From: Vulcanimicrobiota bacterium
GTDB taxonomy: Bacteria > Vulcanimicrobiota > Xenobia > Xenobiales > JADMJV01
Length of the DNA: 64,000 nucleotides
Direction: 5' to 3'
Assembly (NCBI GenBank): GCA_050250895.1
Contig: JBFWNU010000002.1
Location: forward strand, 160,001-224,000
Shown: piece after piece, positions 28,874-39,398 of the stretch
Layout: every line of letters starts with the position of its first letter
Numbering within the stretch: the first letter of the stretch is position 1
Notes under the pieces: model-generated
What the model was told of the DNA's origin: nothing
Database searches by the model: none
Seen by the model: only the letters and a program-made list of their open reading frames with translations
Position numbers and translations under genes: made by a program

Positions 28874-29331
28874 AGCGGAGGCAGCAGACCCTCGTTCCAG
28901 CTCTTGAAGTGAAAGTCTCCGAGGTCGAGTTCGGCCGAGATCGAATAGCGGGCGCGCGGGTTCTTGAGTTTGCCGGCCGTACCCACGGCCACGATGAAGA
29001 TCACGTTCTGGGAACGGTAGCTGCGATCCAGGCTGACGCGATAGGTGCCCACCAGACGTCCGGGCTCGCTCAGGCTATACATCTCCTCGACATAGCTGAA
29101 GACCACCTGCTCGTCGCCGATGCCGGTGGGGAAGAACTCGTCCTTGCTCAATTTGACCTTGGCGTCTTCGATGCCCGCTCGGGCCAGGTTGCGGGCTTCG
29201 ACGGCCGCGGCTGCGGCCTGGGAGGCGGCATATTCACCGGGGCGGGCCCCCATATAGGCCAGACCCACCACGATGATGAGCAAGCTCAGCAGCAGGGCCA
29301 TCACGATGAGAAAACCACGCCGCCTTACCAT
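28870..29331 (-). CDS. PilX/GspK-like minor pilin
   Basis: RRRG|FLIVMALL lacking Glu5; A--LARAGIE. Confidence 0.7.
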   Translation of the reverse strand: MVRRRGFLIVMALLLSLLIIVVGLAYMGARPGEYAASQAAAAAVEARNLARAGIEDAKVKLSKDEFFPTGIGDEQVVFSYVEEMYSLSEPGRLVGTYRVSLDRSYRSQNVIFIVAVGTAGKLKNPRARYSISAELDLGDFHFKSWNEGLLPPL

Positions 29332-29828
29332 TGGGGCGCTCTCCAGATCTCGGTGGCGAAGACCTCGACTCGCGCGCTCTGGGAGACCTCGACCCGGACC
29401 GTGATCGGGTCCTGGCCCAGCACGTCAAAGGACTTGACCTCGAGCAGGCGCTGGCGCGCTGTCGGTCCGATGCCCTCGATGGAGCGATAGAGCACTCCGT
29501 CGGTGAAACTATAGCGAATGCGGCAGCGATGGCGTGGCGCGAAGGGGTCTCCGCCGGCCGCCCGCACCGCCAGGGTCAGGTCGGGGCGCAGGCGCTCGAA
29601 GACCACTTCGTGCGAGTTGGGGCTGCTCACCCCCAGGGCCGCCACCGCGTCCTGGCGCATCCGGGCCAGCACCTGGACCACTTCGGAGGCCCCTGTCCGC
29701 TGGGTCTGCAGCCGCGCCAGCAACAGGGTCTGGCGCAGGGTAAAGCCCAATCCGGCCAACACCAACATGAACAGCGCCGTGGCCACCAGCACTTCGGCCA
29801 GGCTGAACCCCCTACTGGTTCTCGACAA
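29325..29828 (-). CDS. Type IV minor pilin (PilW/GspJ-like)
   Basis: SRG|FSLAEVLV class III signal; TTG start re-picked. Confidence 0.75.
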   Translation of the reverse strand: MSRTSRGFSLAEVLVATALFMLVLAGLGFTLRQTLLLARLQTQRTGASEVVQVLARMRQDAVAALGVSSPNSHEVVFERLRPDLTLAVRAAGGDPFAPRHRCRIRYSFTDGVLYRSIEGIGPTARQRLLEVKSFDVLGQDPITVRVEVSQSARVEVFATEIWRAPQW

Positions 29829-30591
29829 CGATCCCCCCTTGAACCACCTGGCCGCGATAGTAGCCGCGAGCCCGCACTTCGCAGTGTCCCGGCACGATCT
29901 CGAAGTCGCCTCCGTAGGTGCGCACGTGGTTCTGATAGGTCGCCTGTTGCCCGTCGCGGCTGACGTTGGCAATCGAACCATTGCCGTCGTGGGGGGCCAC
30001 ATACCAGGTAAAGACCAGGTCGGGTAGTTTGCGCCCGGCCGCGTCGCGAGCGCTGGCTCGAAACTCGGCGGTGCCCTCGGGGGCCAGGACGACTCCGGCC
30101 GGTTCAACCGAGACCGTGAAATCAGGCTTGCGCCAATCGCCGATGAGCGAGTTGACCACCACCCGGTCCGAGGCCCGGTCCGACCAGGCCACCGTCACCT
30201 CGGTCTGCCAGGCCGATTCTTCCAGGATCTTGCGCCCGGGACTGGGGTAGGTTGCGGCGGCCGGATAGGCCTCTTCCAGAGTGGTACAGGGACTGGCCAG
30301 CGGCTTGAGTTCGGCCCTGGTGGTGATGGTGAAACCGGGGTGGTGGGGATCGCGCCGCGTCACCCCGTTGTAGGAATCCAGTCCCACCGAGAAGTCAGGA
30401 GCCAGAAAGTTGCGCATCTCGTCCATGGTGTTGTCGGCCAACAAAGCCGCCACCTGGCGTTGCTCGCTATCGCCCAGCGATTGCAGCGAGGCATCGAACA
30501 ACCAGACCGCCATCAGCAGGGCGTTGGCCAGCAAGAAGCAGGCGATGACCGCCTCGGTCAGGCTAAAGCCCGACCTACTGCGTGATGTCAT
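29812..30591 (-). CDS. Type IV minor pilin (PilV/GspI-like) with an Ig-like C-terminus
   Basis: RSG|FSLTEAVI; EVTVAW; Ig-like FRASARDAAGR...FTW. Confidence 0.75.
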   Translation of the reverse strand: MTSRSRSGFSLTEAVIACFLLANALLMAVWLFDASLQSLGDSEQRQVAALLADNTMDEMRNFLAPDFSVGLDSYNGVTRRDPHHPGFTITTRAELKPLASPCTTLEEAYPAAATYPSPGRKILEESAWQTEVTVAWSDRASDRVVVNSLIGDWRKPDFTVSVEPAGVVLAPEGTAEFRASARDAAGRKLPDLVFTWYVAPHDGNGSIANVSRDGQQATYQNHVRTYGGDFEIVPGHCEVRARGYYRGQVVQGGIVVENQ

Positions 30592-32698
30592 AGTTCAGGG
30601 CGCCTCCGAGTCGTTCGGTGAGATTGACGGGAGTTGCCCCGGCGAGGACCGGAACCCGGAAAAGATGGACGCGATTGCCCGCCCGGGCGAGATAGTAGGC
30701 CTGGCGGCCGTCTGGTGACAACCGGGGGTAAGACTGGTCGCCGCTCACGATTTCGACGGGCGTGCTGCCCGTCAAACGGGCACCAGAGTCGCTAAAGACC
30801 TCGAGCACTTTCAACACCGAGTTGTCGACAAAGACCAGATAGCGACCATCTCCGGACCAGGCCATGCGGCTGCGGGCCTCGTTGCGAATCAGAGGGATAC
30901 GCACGTTGGGTAGCAGGATCTCGCTGGCGCTAGTGGTCTCGAGGGTCAGTTGGCCCGCCTCGACCCGGGCCGCATAGTCGTGGAAAATCGGGTTGAAGAG
31001 CGAACCGCGGTCGTAGTAACCCGTGGTGAACTGGCCGTTGCTCGACTGGATGGTGGGCGGATAGCCCCCAAAGGTGACCACATCGTGGTCGACGTTCTGC
31101 CCGTTGCTGGAGACATGGCTCGAGAAGACGTAGGTCTTATAGACCACCGGGTCCCAACTGCCCGAGTCGGTAGCCTCGCCGCTGAGCAAGAGATCTTCGC
31201 GCGAGGTAATGTGAATGGCCGAGAGAGTGAACACCTCGACCTCGACCATGATCGGGTCGCCATTGATGTCGACTTCACCGCTGTCCTTGAGAACGGTTCG
31301 ATGGTCGTGGGTATAGGCCAAAAATGTCGAGGTGGGGTCAAAGTCGAAATCGCCCGCGTCGGCCGGCAACTGCTTGGCCAACTGACGATCCGTGCCGTCG
31401 GCGTTGAGCAGATACAGGTCCAGTCCCGAGTTGCCTCCGAAGGTCACCAGCCGGGTGCCGTCATAGGTGAAGCGCGGACGCGAATCTTGTTGGCCGTCGG
31501 GAGTGATCTTGACCAGATCGATCCCTTCGAGGTTGCCGATACGCACCTCATGAGCGTAGGATTCGACCGCCAGTCGCCCGGGCCGTAGCGTCTCGAGTTC
31601 GGGCAGCAAGCCTGCGCCGGTGGTGGCCGAGGCCATCAAGTCGGTTTGGTCGCTGACCTCGACGCGGAACGAATAGCGGGTGCCGGGCAACGCCTCGGGC
31701 GGGGGACGCCAGGATACCTGAGCCTGGAAGTTCTGGCCCAACCACTCCATCCGACCTTGAGCGGGAGTCGTGAAGCTGCCTTCACTGCCGTCAGAGCCCT
31801 GGCTGCTGACCTCGAAGTAGAGCGGCCCACCGTCGGCATCCGTAGCGGTGATCTGCATGGTGGCCAGACCATACTCGGTGGCCGCGCCCACTGCCGCCGC
31901 GTCAGGATGAATCTCGATGTAGGTGCGGCTGAGACTGGTATGGCCCAGGGCCGGGTTGCGACTGGGCAAGAACTCGACCGAGACGATCCTGGGAGTGGCG
32001 CTGCCGTTCGAGGCCAGATCGGGTGGGGCGGCCAGTTGGAGCGGATCGCCGTTGGCCGCCAGGCCAGTCGATTGGTAAGCCCCCTCCACCACCCGAATGA
32101 CGCCGGTCGGAGAAACCAGCACCGTCATCGGATCACCCGCGGCGCTGGCCTGGAAGAAGCCTGAGGGACCCGGGCTGGCCGTGAGCGAGTTGACCACCAA
32201 CAAGGCCACCTCGCCGTTGATGGTCGGCAAACCGTTGCTCACCATCGACCCGTCGGGACCGAAAATCAAGCTGTATTCCGGGCTGTCCCCCAGCCACACG
32301 GAGGGTACCAGGCTATCCGTGGCGGTAAGGTTCTTGGCCTGGCTTGGAGCCATCGGCACGGCGCTCGGCCAGGTGCCGACGAAAACGGCCGAGTCGAACT
32401 CTCGCTCAAGCCGATGGACCCGGGTCGTGTGGCCCGCCTCGATGCCCTCTTTGACCACGTAGGAGCCAGAGGTCGGGATGGTCTGGCCTTCGTTAGGAAA
32501 GCCGATCGAGACAAACTGATTCTTGGATTGGGCCAGGGCCCGGGCCGACCGCAAATCGGAGGCCAGAATCTGAGCCATACCGCGGGAACCCTGACGGGCT
32601 AGCGTCTGGCGAAAGCTGAGGAGGCCGACTCCCACCAGCAGGCCCACCACGGCCAGGGCTACCATTGTCTCTGCCAGGGTGAATGCTCTCTTGCCCAC
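30575..32698 (-). CDS. Large FimT/GspH-like prepilin with Ig-like and TolB-like propeller domains
   Basis: KRA|FTLAETMV; LASDLRSARALA; ATDADGGPL; PRFTYDG, WSGDGR, PRLSPDGR repeats. Confidence 0.8.
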   Translation of the reverse strand: MGKRAFTLAETMVALAVVGLLVGVGLLSFRQTLARQGSRGMAQILASDLRSARALAQSKNQFVSIGFPNEGQTIPTSGSYVVKEGIEAGHTTRVHRLEREFDSAVFVGTWPSAVPMAPSQAKNLTATDSLVPSVWLGDSPEYSLIFGPDGSMVSNGLPTINGEVALLVVNSLTASPGPSGFFQASAAGDPMTVLVSPTGVIRVVEGAYQSTGLAANGDPLQLAAPPDLASNGSATPRIVSVEFLPSRNPALGHTSLSRTYIEIHPDAAAVGAATEYGLATMQITATDADGGPLYFEVSSQGSDGSEGSFTTPAQGRMEWLGQNFQAQVSWRPPPEALPGTRYSFRVEVSDQTDLMASATTGAGLLPELETLRPGRLAVESYAHEVRIGNLEGIDLVKITPDGQQDSRPRFTYDGTRLVTFGGNSGLDLYLLNADGTDRQLAKQLPADAGDFDFDPTSTFLAYTHDHRTVLKDSGEVDINGDPIMVEVEVFTLSAIHITSREDLLLSGEATDSGSWDPVVYKTYVFSSHVSSNGQNVDHDVVTFGGYPPTIQSSNGQFTTGYYDRGSLFNPIFHDYAARVEAGQLTLETTSASEILLPNVRIPLIRNEARSRMAWSGDGRYLVFVDNSVLKVLEVFSDSGARLTGSTPVEIVSGDQSYPRLSPDGRQAYYLARAGNRVHLFRVPVLAGATPVNLTERLGGALNYDITQ

Positions 32699-32783
32699 GT
32701 CCGACCCCTCCTCTTAGTTCAGAGTTGGTCAAAGAGGCGCTCAAGTCCTTTCGAACGAGCATCTCGAGGAAAGGAGCGGCTGG

Positions 32784-34322
32784 TCAGGCGAGCGGTAAGG
32801 TTACCTGAAACATCGCTCCGCCGCCAACCCGGTTGGTTGCAATGACGCTGCCACCCTGGTCCTCGACCAGACGCAGGATGATGGCCAGACCCAGACCGAT
32901 GCCACCGCTCTCGGGCCGGGTGGTGAAAAACGGGTCGAAAACTCGTCCCATGGCCTCGGGAGGAATGCCCGGTCCGTTGTCCGCCACCGTAAAGATGGCC
33001 CTGCCGCCGGAAGAGGTGACCGACCACTCGACCTTCGGCTCGTCGGCTCCTTTGACGGCTTGCAAAGCGTTGGTCAGCAAGTTCAGAAAGATCTGAATCG
33101 ACTGCTCCATGTCGGCCCGGACCATCAATTCGGGAGCGCCCGGCTCGGTCACCAGGGTCACCTTCTGAGAACGGAATTCAGCTCCGACCAGGTCACGCAC
33201 GCGGGCAAACATGCCGGCTACGGATACATCGGATAAGGTCGTTTTGTCGCCGCCCCGGGCCGCCCGTAACAGATCTTTGATGAGGCGCTCGCAGCGCTTG
33301 GCCTGTTGAAAAATGATGTCGTGGTCGCCGGGCTCGCCCTCGCCGGTGCGGCCCATGTCGGCCAGATTGATGATGGCGTCGAGAGGGTTGCGCAACTCGT
33401 GGGCCAACCCGGCCACCAGCGTGCCCAGCGCGGCCAGTTTTTCACCGTGGAGCAGTTTGGTGAAGACCTCAGCCCGCTCCACCGCCGAGGCGGCCAGATC
33501 GGCCATGATGGTGGCAAGTTCCAGGTCGGCCCGCTTGAAGTGGCCCGACTTCGAGCTGCTGTCGAGATAGATCAAGCCCATGTTGCGGCCCCGGGCCCGC
33601 ATCGGGATACACAGGATAGAGATCGTCTCGAGGGTGCGCAGGCTGTCTGAGCTGCTCAGCATATGGTCGCCCTCGACATCGATCGACAACAACGGTAGCC
33701 CCTTTTCCAAGACCTCTTCGACCACCATCAGACTAAACTCCAGGCCGCGGTGGCTGCGGGCGGAGGTGCCCATTCTTACCACCACCTCGGGGACGCTCCC
33801 GCCCCGGTCGAGCAGCACCAGCCCGCGGTCGGCCCGCAGGGTCTCCATCAAGACCTCGATCACGGTGCGCAGGGTGCGCTCGTATTCGTGACTGGCGTTG
33901 AGACTGTAGCTGACGCGAGCCAGCAGGGCCAGCCGCTCGAGCTCGGGATCGGAGAGGCTACGCAGTGGTCCCTTGGCCAACTCGCGCTGCTGCTGGGTGT
34001 TGAGCCTGGCCACGAAGTGCTCGAGATGCTCGGCATCGCTGGGCGAGGCGAACTTAGAGAACTCATAGCCGGCGTGGTGCATGTTGGGACCCAGCGACTT
34101 GGACCAGCGCAACTCGGCCTGGACGCGCACCTGCCCCTCGGGCAGGTGGAGGTCGAAGCTGCCTCGTTCGGCCGGAGGCTCGTAGGCGGTGGCGCCGAAA
34201 CCAGTGGAACTGAGGTCGACCACGAAGATGGGCTTGGAGGCGAAACTGCCTCCGATCACGGTCCGGTTACGGAAGGCCCTCCGCCGCTCGAGTTCTTTTT
34301 CGACCAAAGACACGACTTGCAT
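32784..34322 (-). CDS. PilZ + GAF + HisKA + HATPase sensor histidine kinase
   Basis: RRAFR...DLSSTG (PilZ), SILCIPM..GLIYLD (GAF), EKLAALG..AGLAHELRNPL, NLLTNA, DNGPGI, FDPFFTT, GLGL. Confidence 0.9.
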   Translation of the reverse strand: MQVVSLVEKELERRRAFRNRTVIGGSFASKPIFVVDLSSTGFGATAYEPPAERGSFDLHLPEGQVRVQAELRWSKSLGPNMHHAGYEFSKFASPSDAEHLEHFVARLNTQQQRELAKGPLRSLSDPELERLALLARVSYSLNASHEYERTLRTVIEVLMETLRADRGLVLLDRGGSVPEVVVRMGTSARSHRGLEFSLMVVEEVLEKGLPLLSIDVEGDHMLSSSDSLRTLETISILCIPMRARGRNMGLIYLDSSSKSGHFKRADLELATIMADLAASAVERAEVFTKLLHGEKLAALGTLVAGLAHELRNPLDAIINLADMGRTGEGEPGDHDIIFQQAKRCERLIKDLLRAARGGDKTTLSDVSVAGMFARVRDLVGAEFRSQKVTLVTEPGAPELMVRADMEQSIQIFLNLLTNALQAVKGADEPKVEWSVTSSGGRAIFTVADNGPGIPPEAMGRVFDPFFTTRPESGGIGLGLAIILRLVEDQGGSVIATNRVGGGAMFQVTLPLA

Positions 34323-34398
34323 GCGTTACACCCTGGACGAGCCTTGTCCTCCAAGGATCGTTCAGAGAACTTTGAGGCCTCACCCCTAGACTCACAGG

Positions 34399-34920
34399 GT
34401 GAGGATCCGCCCCGCCATCCATACCCCCCGGCCGCGCCGTCAACCCCCCGTCCCGGCGCCGTTCGATCGCTTGACGAAGACGTCGCACGTGGTCGAAGGA
34501 GTGGCTGACGGGGTCAATCGGGCGGCGGGAATGGCGGGTCTGGGCCTGGCCGGACTGTTCGTCGGAGGACTGCTCTCGGGCTCTCTGCTCTCGGCCATGG
34601 GAGCCACTTCGGCCACCGCTTCTTTGCCGGTGGCTATCGTCACCGGCACCGCCGTCATTGGCACCGCCGTGGGGGCGGGTCTACTGGGCCTGAAGGTGGG
34701 GAGTTTTGTCAGTGACAAAGCCGGCGCCCTGGCCGGACTGGCCAGCCAGAAGTTGGGCTTCGAGTCTCACTGGGGGCGCACCCTGGCCAAGACCGCTCTG
34801 GCTACCGGTGTCATGGTCGCTGGCGGAGAACTCATCTTGCGCGGCTCAGCCGTGGCTGGCGCGGTGCTGTTGGCCGGGGCGGCCGGTCAATGGGCCTGGC
34901 ACAAAATCAGCGCCAGTTGA
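34399..34920 (+). CDS. Gly/Ala-rich hydrophobic hypothetical protein
   Basis: Pro/Arg-rich N-terminus followed by glycine-zipper-like helices. Confidence 0.6.
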   Translation: MRIRPAIHTPRPRRQPPVPAPFDRLTKTSHVVEGVADGVNRAAGMAGLGLAGLFVGGLLSGSLLSAMGATSATASLPVAIVTGTAVIGTAVGAGLLGLKVGSFVSDKAGALAGLASQKLGFESHWGRTLAKTALATGVMVAGGELILRGSAVAGAVLLAGAAGQWAWHKISAS

Positions 34921-36082
34921 AGAACTCGGCCATCTCGCGATAGACGGCCGAGTCGTTGGGCAAGTTCCCGTGTTGTTTGTAACCTTTGCCGGGGAGCACG
35001 TCGACCTCGACGCCGGGCATGGCCAGGCTGTTCGACTCGACCATGCCGTCTCCACCCACAAAAGACGAGCGGCCCATCGAAGGAGTCCACAGTCCGTCCG
35101 AGCCCACGATCTTGACCCCCTCGGTCCGGGCTAGCTGATCTGTCCAGGTCCGGTTCAACTCTTGTAGGCGCGGATTGTTGGCCTCGGAAGCCATCCAGCG
35201 CATGGCGGGCAAATGAGCGGCGTTGAGTTCGGCCAGGTTCATTGCCCACGACACATCCTTCTCGATGAGCCGGGTGGCCAGTTCGGCAAAGCGCGTTCCG
35301 TGGTTGCCGGTGCCCAGGATCATCAGTCGTCCCATCCGCTCGCCGCCTTGCTCGAGATAGACGCGGCTGGCCAGGCCTCCCAGGCTGTAGCCCAGGGTGT
35401 CGATCCGGTCGGAACCGGTGGCCCTGGCCACCACCTCGAGAGCCTCGCCGATCTGCGGCGCCGACTGGTCGGGAGTGTCCAGGACATCGTCGAATACGAC
35501 CACGAACACCCGGGCTCCGGCCTCGACCTGGGTGGGCTGGGTGCAGTCCTTGTCACTAAAGACCTGGCCGTGGCGCACGTAGTAGGCCTGCCCGCCGTTT
35601 CTTCCACCCTCGGTGAGCCGGGCCACCAGGTGGTCGAACTTTTCGGCTTTGGTGGTCCAACCGGGCACGATCATCACGGGCCGGTCGATGGTCACCAGCG
35701 GAACGTCCTGCAAGGGGTCGGCGGTCTGCATCAGCTGCTTGGCCGCGCTGGCTCCGTCGGCATAGAACTTGCCCGCCAGCATCAGGTGCGACAGGCTCGA
35801 GACGGTGTCGACATAGTCCCCCACGGTCTCCATCACCGACAGGCTGGGAGTGGCGGGAACCAGAAACTGGTTGGCTCCTATCAGCACCGAGAGGCCGCCC
35901 AGAGCCATCAAAGTGCCCCAGGCGGTTTTTTGCCCGCCGGCTCGCAACTGCTCGGCCGCAATCGTCGGCTTGGGACCGAGTTCGACCGTCTCGACCGGCT
36001 CGTTCGACTCCTCGGTTGGCGGCGCCGCCCGCCGGGGCAAAGCCCGGACGGGGTCGCATTGTGGCGTGAAACAGACCCTCAC
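34907..36082 (-). CDS. Alpha/beta hydrolase (PGAP1/lipase-like)
   Basis: PVMIVPGW, GYSLGG nucleophile elbow, GTGNHG, GDGMV, HGNL. Confidence 0.8.
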   Translation of the reverse strand: MRVCFTPQCDPVRALPRRAAPPTEESNEPVETVELGPKPTIAAEQLRAGGQKTAWGTLMALGGLSVLIGANQFLVPATPSLSVMETVGDYVDTVSSLSHLMLAGKFYADGASAAKQLMQTADPLQDVPLVTIDRPVMIVPGWTTKAEKFDHLVARLTEGGRNGGQAYYVRHGQVFSDKDCTQPTQVEAGARVFVVVFDDVLDTPDQSAPQIGEALEVVARATGSDRIDTLGYSLGGLASRVYLEQGGERMGRLMILGTGNHGTRFAELATRLIEKDVSWAMNLAELNAAHLPAMRWMASEANNPRLQELNRTWTDQLARTEGVKIVGSDGLWTPSMGRSSFVGGDGMVESNSLAMPGVEVDVLPGKGYKQHGNLPNDSAVYREMAEFFNWR

Positions 36083-36486
36083 CCCTTGATTGTGCCACCC
36101 GGGGCCGAAAGAATCCTGAAGAGGGTCAGCGGGTTCTTGTGGACCGTGCATTGGGCCAGGGAAGCATACGGGGACAGGGCCACGGCCAGGCCCAGCGACA
36201 GGGCTAGTCCCAGTCGCTTGAATCCTGAGGGGACGAAGGTGGGTTGGCTGAGTTCCACCCGTTCCGCGGGGCGGCCGGTTCCTGGGTCAGGACAGGGGCG
36301 GCTCGGCGAACGAGCGGGGCCGGGGCGAGGCGAAGGTTGGTGTTGATCATGAGACAAGCCTATCCCACCAGCCTTGGACAGGCCTTGACCGGTCTGTTTC
36401 ACCCCCCCCATGTCACCCGCCGGTCCGACTCCCGAATCAGCCGTAGGCAGGATGTCTGCTTTGGATTCATGTGCTACACTCGGGGG

Positions 36487-36912
36487 GTGAGGGGACATCG
36501 TGGGTTCAATTTAGCTGAAGTCGCTTTTGCGGTGGCGCTGATCGCGCTCACCATGATTTTACTCATCGGGCTGATGTTGACCGCCCATAACGGCAGTGCC
36601 TCGAACCACGAGGCGGCCGTGGCTGCCTCCCTGGCCGAGGCTCATCTCGACGAACTCAAACGCGGTGACTTCAACACCCTGGTCGGGCTGATCGGGGTCG
36701 GTGAGGTGGTCACCATCGAGACCGACGGGCGTCCCCATACTCTGACCACGCAGGTCGAACGGCTGGGTTCGACCCCGGGCACCCCTGACTATCAGGTGCT
36801 CAACCTGACCTGTGTGGTGACCTGGGAGAGCCGCAGCGTCGATCCCGAGAGCAAGCAACGACAGGCACGATTCCAACTGCAGACTCAGGCCGCTGCGGTG
36901 GCTCGCTACTGA
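36487..36912 (+). CDS. Type IV minor pilin (PilV-like)
   Basis: HRG|FNLAEVAF; A--LAE--LDE; VVTW. Confidence 0.75.
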   Translation: MRGHRGFNLAEVAFAVALIALTMILLIGLMLTAHNGSASNHEAAVAASLAEAHLDELKRGDFNTLVGLIGVGEVVTIETDGRPHTLTTQVERLGSTPGTPDYQVLNLTCVVTWESRSVDPESKQRQARFQLQTQAAAVARY

Positions 36913-36921
36913 GGAGGAGCT

Positions 36922-38778
36922 ATGAAGAGAAAACGCGGTAGCGTGCTGATCATGACACTGGTGCTCATCGCGCTGGTGGCTATGTATACCACCGCAATGG
37001 TGGCCACCAATCAGCGTCTGTTCGGCATGAGCCGGCGCAGCGAGGATCTCACGGCCGCCCTTTCTCTGGGGCAGGGCGGGCTCAACCGGTTGATCCAGCA
37101 GTTGACCTTCGACTCCAACTTCAGTTCCGACCTGACCTACGGCGATGCTCAGACTGGCTACCAGATCACGTTCAACCCGGGCTCGCCCACGCGCTCGGTC
37201 AATAATTTGAACAACGCCTCGGCTTCGGTTGCTACCAACTACCGGGGGCAAACGGTGCCTGCCTACACGGCCGATGTCATCGTGGTAGCCCAGTCGAGCG
37301 GAGTAACGCGACGGCTGCGGTACGTATTGACCAGAGGCCTGGCTTATCGTGGTGCCATGGGTGCCAATGGCAAGATCGAGTTCGGAGCCGATGCCACCCT
37401 CAGAAGCTATACCAGTCTCACCGACCATACCCCGGTGGCCTGCCAGTTTCACGCCAACGACTCCAACAATACCGGGATGGGCGTGCTCTGGGCCGGCCCG
37501 CCCAGCACCTTCAGCATCGGCAATCAGTGCGAACTGACCTCGGCCAGTGGTCTGGATGGGGCCATCGAGGCCGCCAATCCCGGCAAGACGCAGTCGAACG
37601 TGCCCAAGGTTCCCATCCCTCAGGTCGATGTGGCCACCATGGTGTCTATGGCCAGCAGTTCACCACCACCCACCACCATTGCCACGGGTGGCATTTACTG
37701 CGATACCCAGACTTATCTAGCCGGCGACCAGACGATTGACGGCGATATCAACCTGCAGAACGGCAGCCTTTTCGTCGACGGCGACCTGACCATCAACGGA
37801 GGCCTGTTGGGCTTTGGCTCGGTCTATGTGACTGGCGATATCCACATCGTCGGCGGCAACGCCACCGTCATCACCAATCAGCCCAACGGCGCGGCCGTAT
37901 TGGCAGGTGGAGACATCCTGTTCGAGGGCGCCGACGCCAGCGGCTATCTCGAGACTCTGGCCGCCCTCCACCCGGCCACCATCGGCGTGACCTGGAGTCA
38001 GGCCAAGAACGTGGTGAACTTGCTCGACCAGATCACTCTTCAGTCGCCGGCCAGCTATGCCCGGCCTGGCGGCTTTTCCGGGTTGGTGGGAAGCGTCGAC
38101 ACCTGGCTCACCGTACCGGCCTTTACGGCCTTTCCCCAGCTCGTCGACGTGTGGTGGGTCAAGTATCGTCTGGGCAACGCCACCGCCCTGGGCGGCAACA
38201 CCGAAGCCATGCGCATTCCCAATCCTGATGGAACCTTTGCCGTCTGGAACGACGCGGCCATGCTGCGCCAGGTACGCGATGCGGTCGAGGCGCTGCCCAC
38301 CTACAGCAGCGACTCCCGGGCCCAGCAAGTGACCCACGCGCTCGACCAGATGGGTTACTTCTATCGACACAGCTGGAACGGAGCCTGGCATGAAGGCAGC
38401 ATGGGCGATCCTTACTTCAACCTCGACCACCAACTGTGGACGGTGCGGGGAATGACCGATCCGAGTGGCTCCCCCTACACCGGCTTCTGGTATAGCGGCG
38501 ATCCCATCGTCGACCAGGCCAAGACCAACACCTACGTGCAGGACTATCTCGAGCTGAACCCCAGCCTGCCCGCTCTGGGCCGCGCCTACTTCCAGGGCGT
38601 GCTCTACGCCAACGGGTCGGTCAGCCTGGCTAACGACGCGGCCGTGATCGGCTCGATCGTCTCAGGGGGCGATCTGACCATCGCGGGCGAGGCCAACTTT
38701 ATCTACAACCGAGAGTACGACGCCCTCACCAACAGCCTTGTCGGCCCCGTCAAGGTGGCGAGTTTCAACGAGTTATGA
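36922..38778 (+). CDS. Large PilX-like minor pilin with a beta-helix-like region
   Basis: GAGGAG RBS; KRG|SVLIMTL; FVDGDLTING/VYVTGDI repeats. Confidence 0.75.
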   Translation: MKRKRGSVLIMTLVLIALVAMYTTAMVATNQRLFGMSRRSEDLTAALSLGQGGLNRLIQQLTFDSNFSSDLTYGDAQTGYQITFNPGSPTRSVNNLNNASASVATNYRGQTVPAYTADVIVVAQSSGVTRRLRYVLTRGLAYRGAMGANGKIEFGADATLRSYTSLTDHTPVACQFHANDSNNTGMGVLWAGPPSTFSIGNQCELTSASGLDGAIEAANPGKTQSNVPKVPIPQVDVATMVSMASSSPPPTTIATGGIYCDTQTYLAGDQTIDGDINLQNGSLFVDGDLTINGGLLGFGSVYVTGDIHIVGGNATVITNQPNGAAVLAGGDILFEGADASGYLETLAALHPATIGVTWSQAKNVVNLLDQITLQSPASYARPGGFSGLVGSVDTWLTVPAFTAFPQLVDVWWVKYRLGNATALGGNTEAMRIPNPDGTFAVWNDAAMLRQVRDAVEALPTYSSDSRAQQVTHALDQMGYFYRHSWNGAWHEGSMGDPYFNLDHQLWTVRGMTDPSGSPYTGFWYSGDPIVDQAKTNTYVQDYLELNPSLPALGRAYFQGVLYANGSVSLANDAAVIGSIVSGGDLTIAGEANFIYNREYDALTNSLVGPVKVASFNEL

Positions 38779-39398
38779 GGCGCCGAGCGTTTAGCCTGTT
38801 GGAGGTTTTGGTGGCCATGGGTATCTTTGCCCTGGTGACCACGCTGCTGGTCGGCCTCATCACCATGAGCGGAAACTGGATTCGCCGCACTAATGCCCGC
38901 CAGGACTCCCAGCAGGATCTCCTGGTGGCGGCCAACCAGATCGCAAGATCCCTGGCTCAAGCACCGGCGAGCAGTGTGCTCCTTCAATATCCCTCGGGAA
39001 CGCCAGCCACCGGCGATCTGATTCTGTCGTTTCAAACGGCCCAGGACGCCACGGGTGCTTACTTCGAAGACCCCAATACCTTCGAACCGAGCTATCAGGG
39101 TTACACGGTCATTTACTGGGATGCTGGCAGTCGTCGCCTGCTGCAAGCCTTTCTACCCCAGCCTCCCACCACCACCATCGCCCCGGCCAATCCGGCCGCG
39201 GTGCTCGCCGCCCGCAACCCGGCCAGTGACCGGGCCCTGGCCAGTGAGGTCGACCGTTTTACGGCTCTCGATCCCAGCGACGATTCGCCGACGGCCCTGG
39301 TAACGAATCCCTTCCGCTTCCGCCTGGAAGTGGGTCAGGCCAAGCGCGACCAGGTGGTGTCGCTCGAGGCCGTCCGCAACGTCAGGCTCTATCGCTAG
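38775..39398 (+). CDS. Type IV minor pilin (PilW-like)
   Basis: RRA|FSLLEVLVAM. Confidence 0.8.
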   Translation: MRRRAFSLLEVLVAMGIFALVTTLLVGLITMSGNWIRRTNARQDSQQDLLVAANQIARSLAQAPASSVLLQYPSGTPATGDLILSFQTAQDATGAYFEDPNTFEPSYQGYTVIYWDAGSRRLLQAFLPQPPTTTIAPANPAAVLAARNPASDRALASEVDRFTALDPSDDSPTALVTNPFRFRLEVGQAKRDQVVSLEAVRNVRLYR

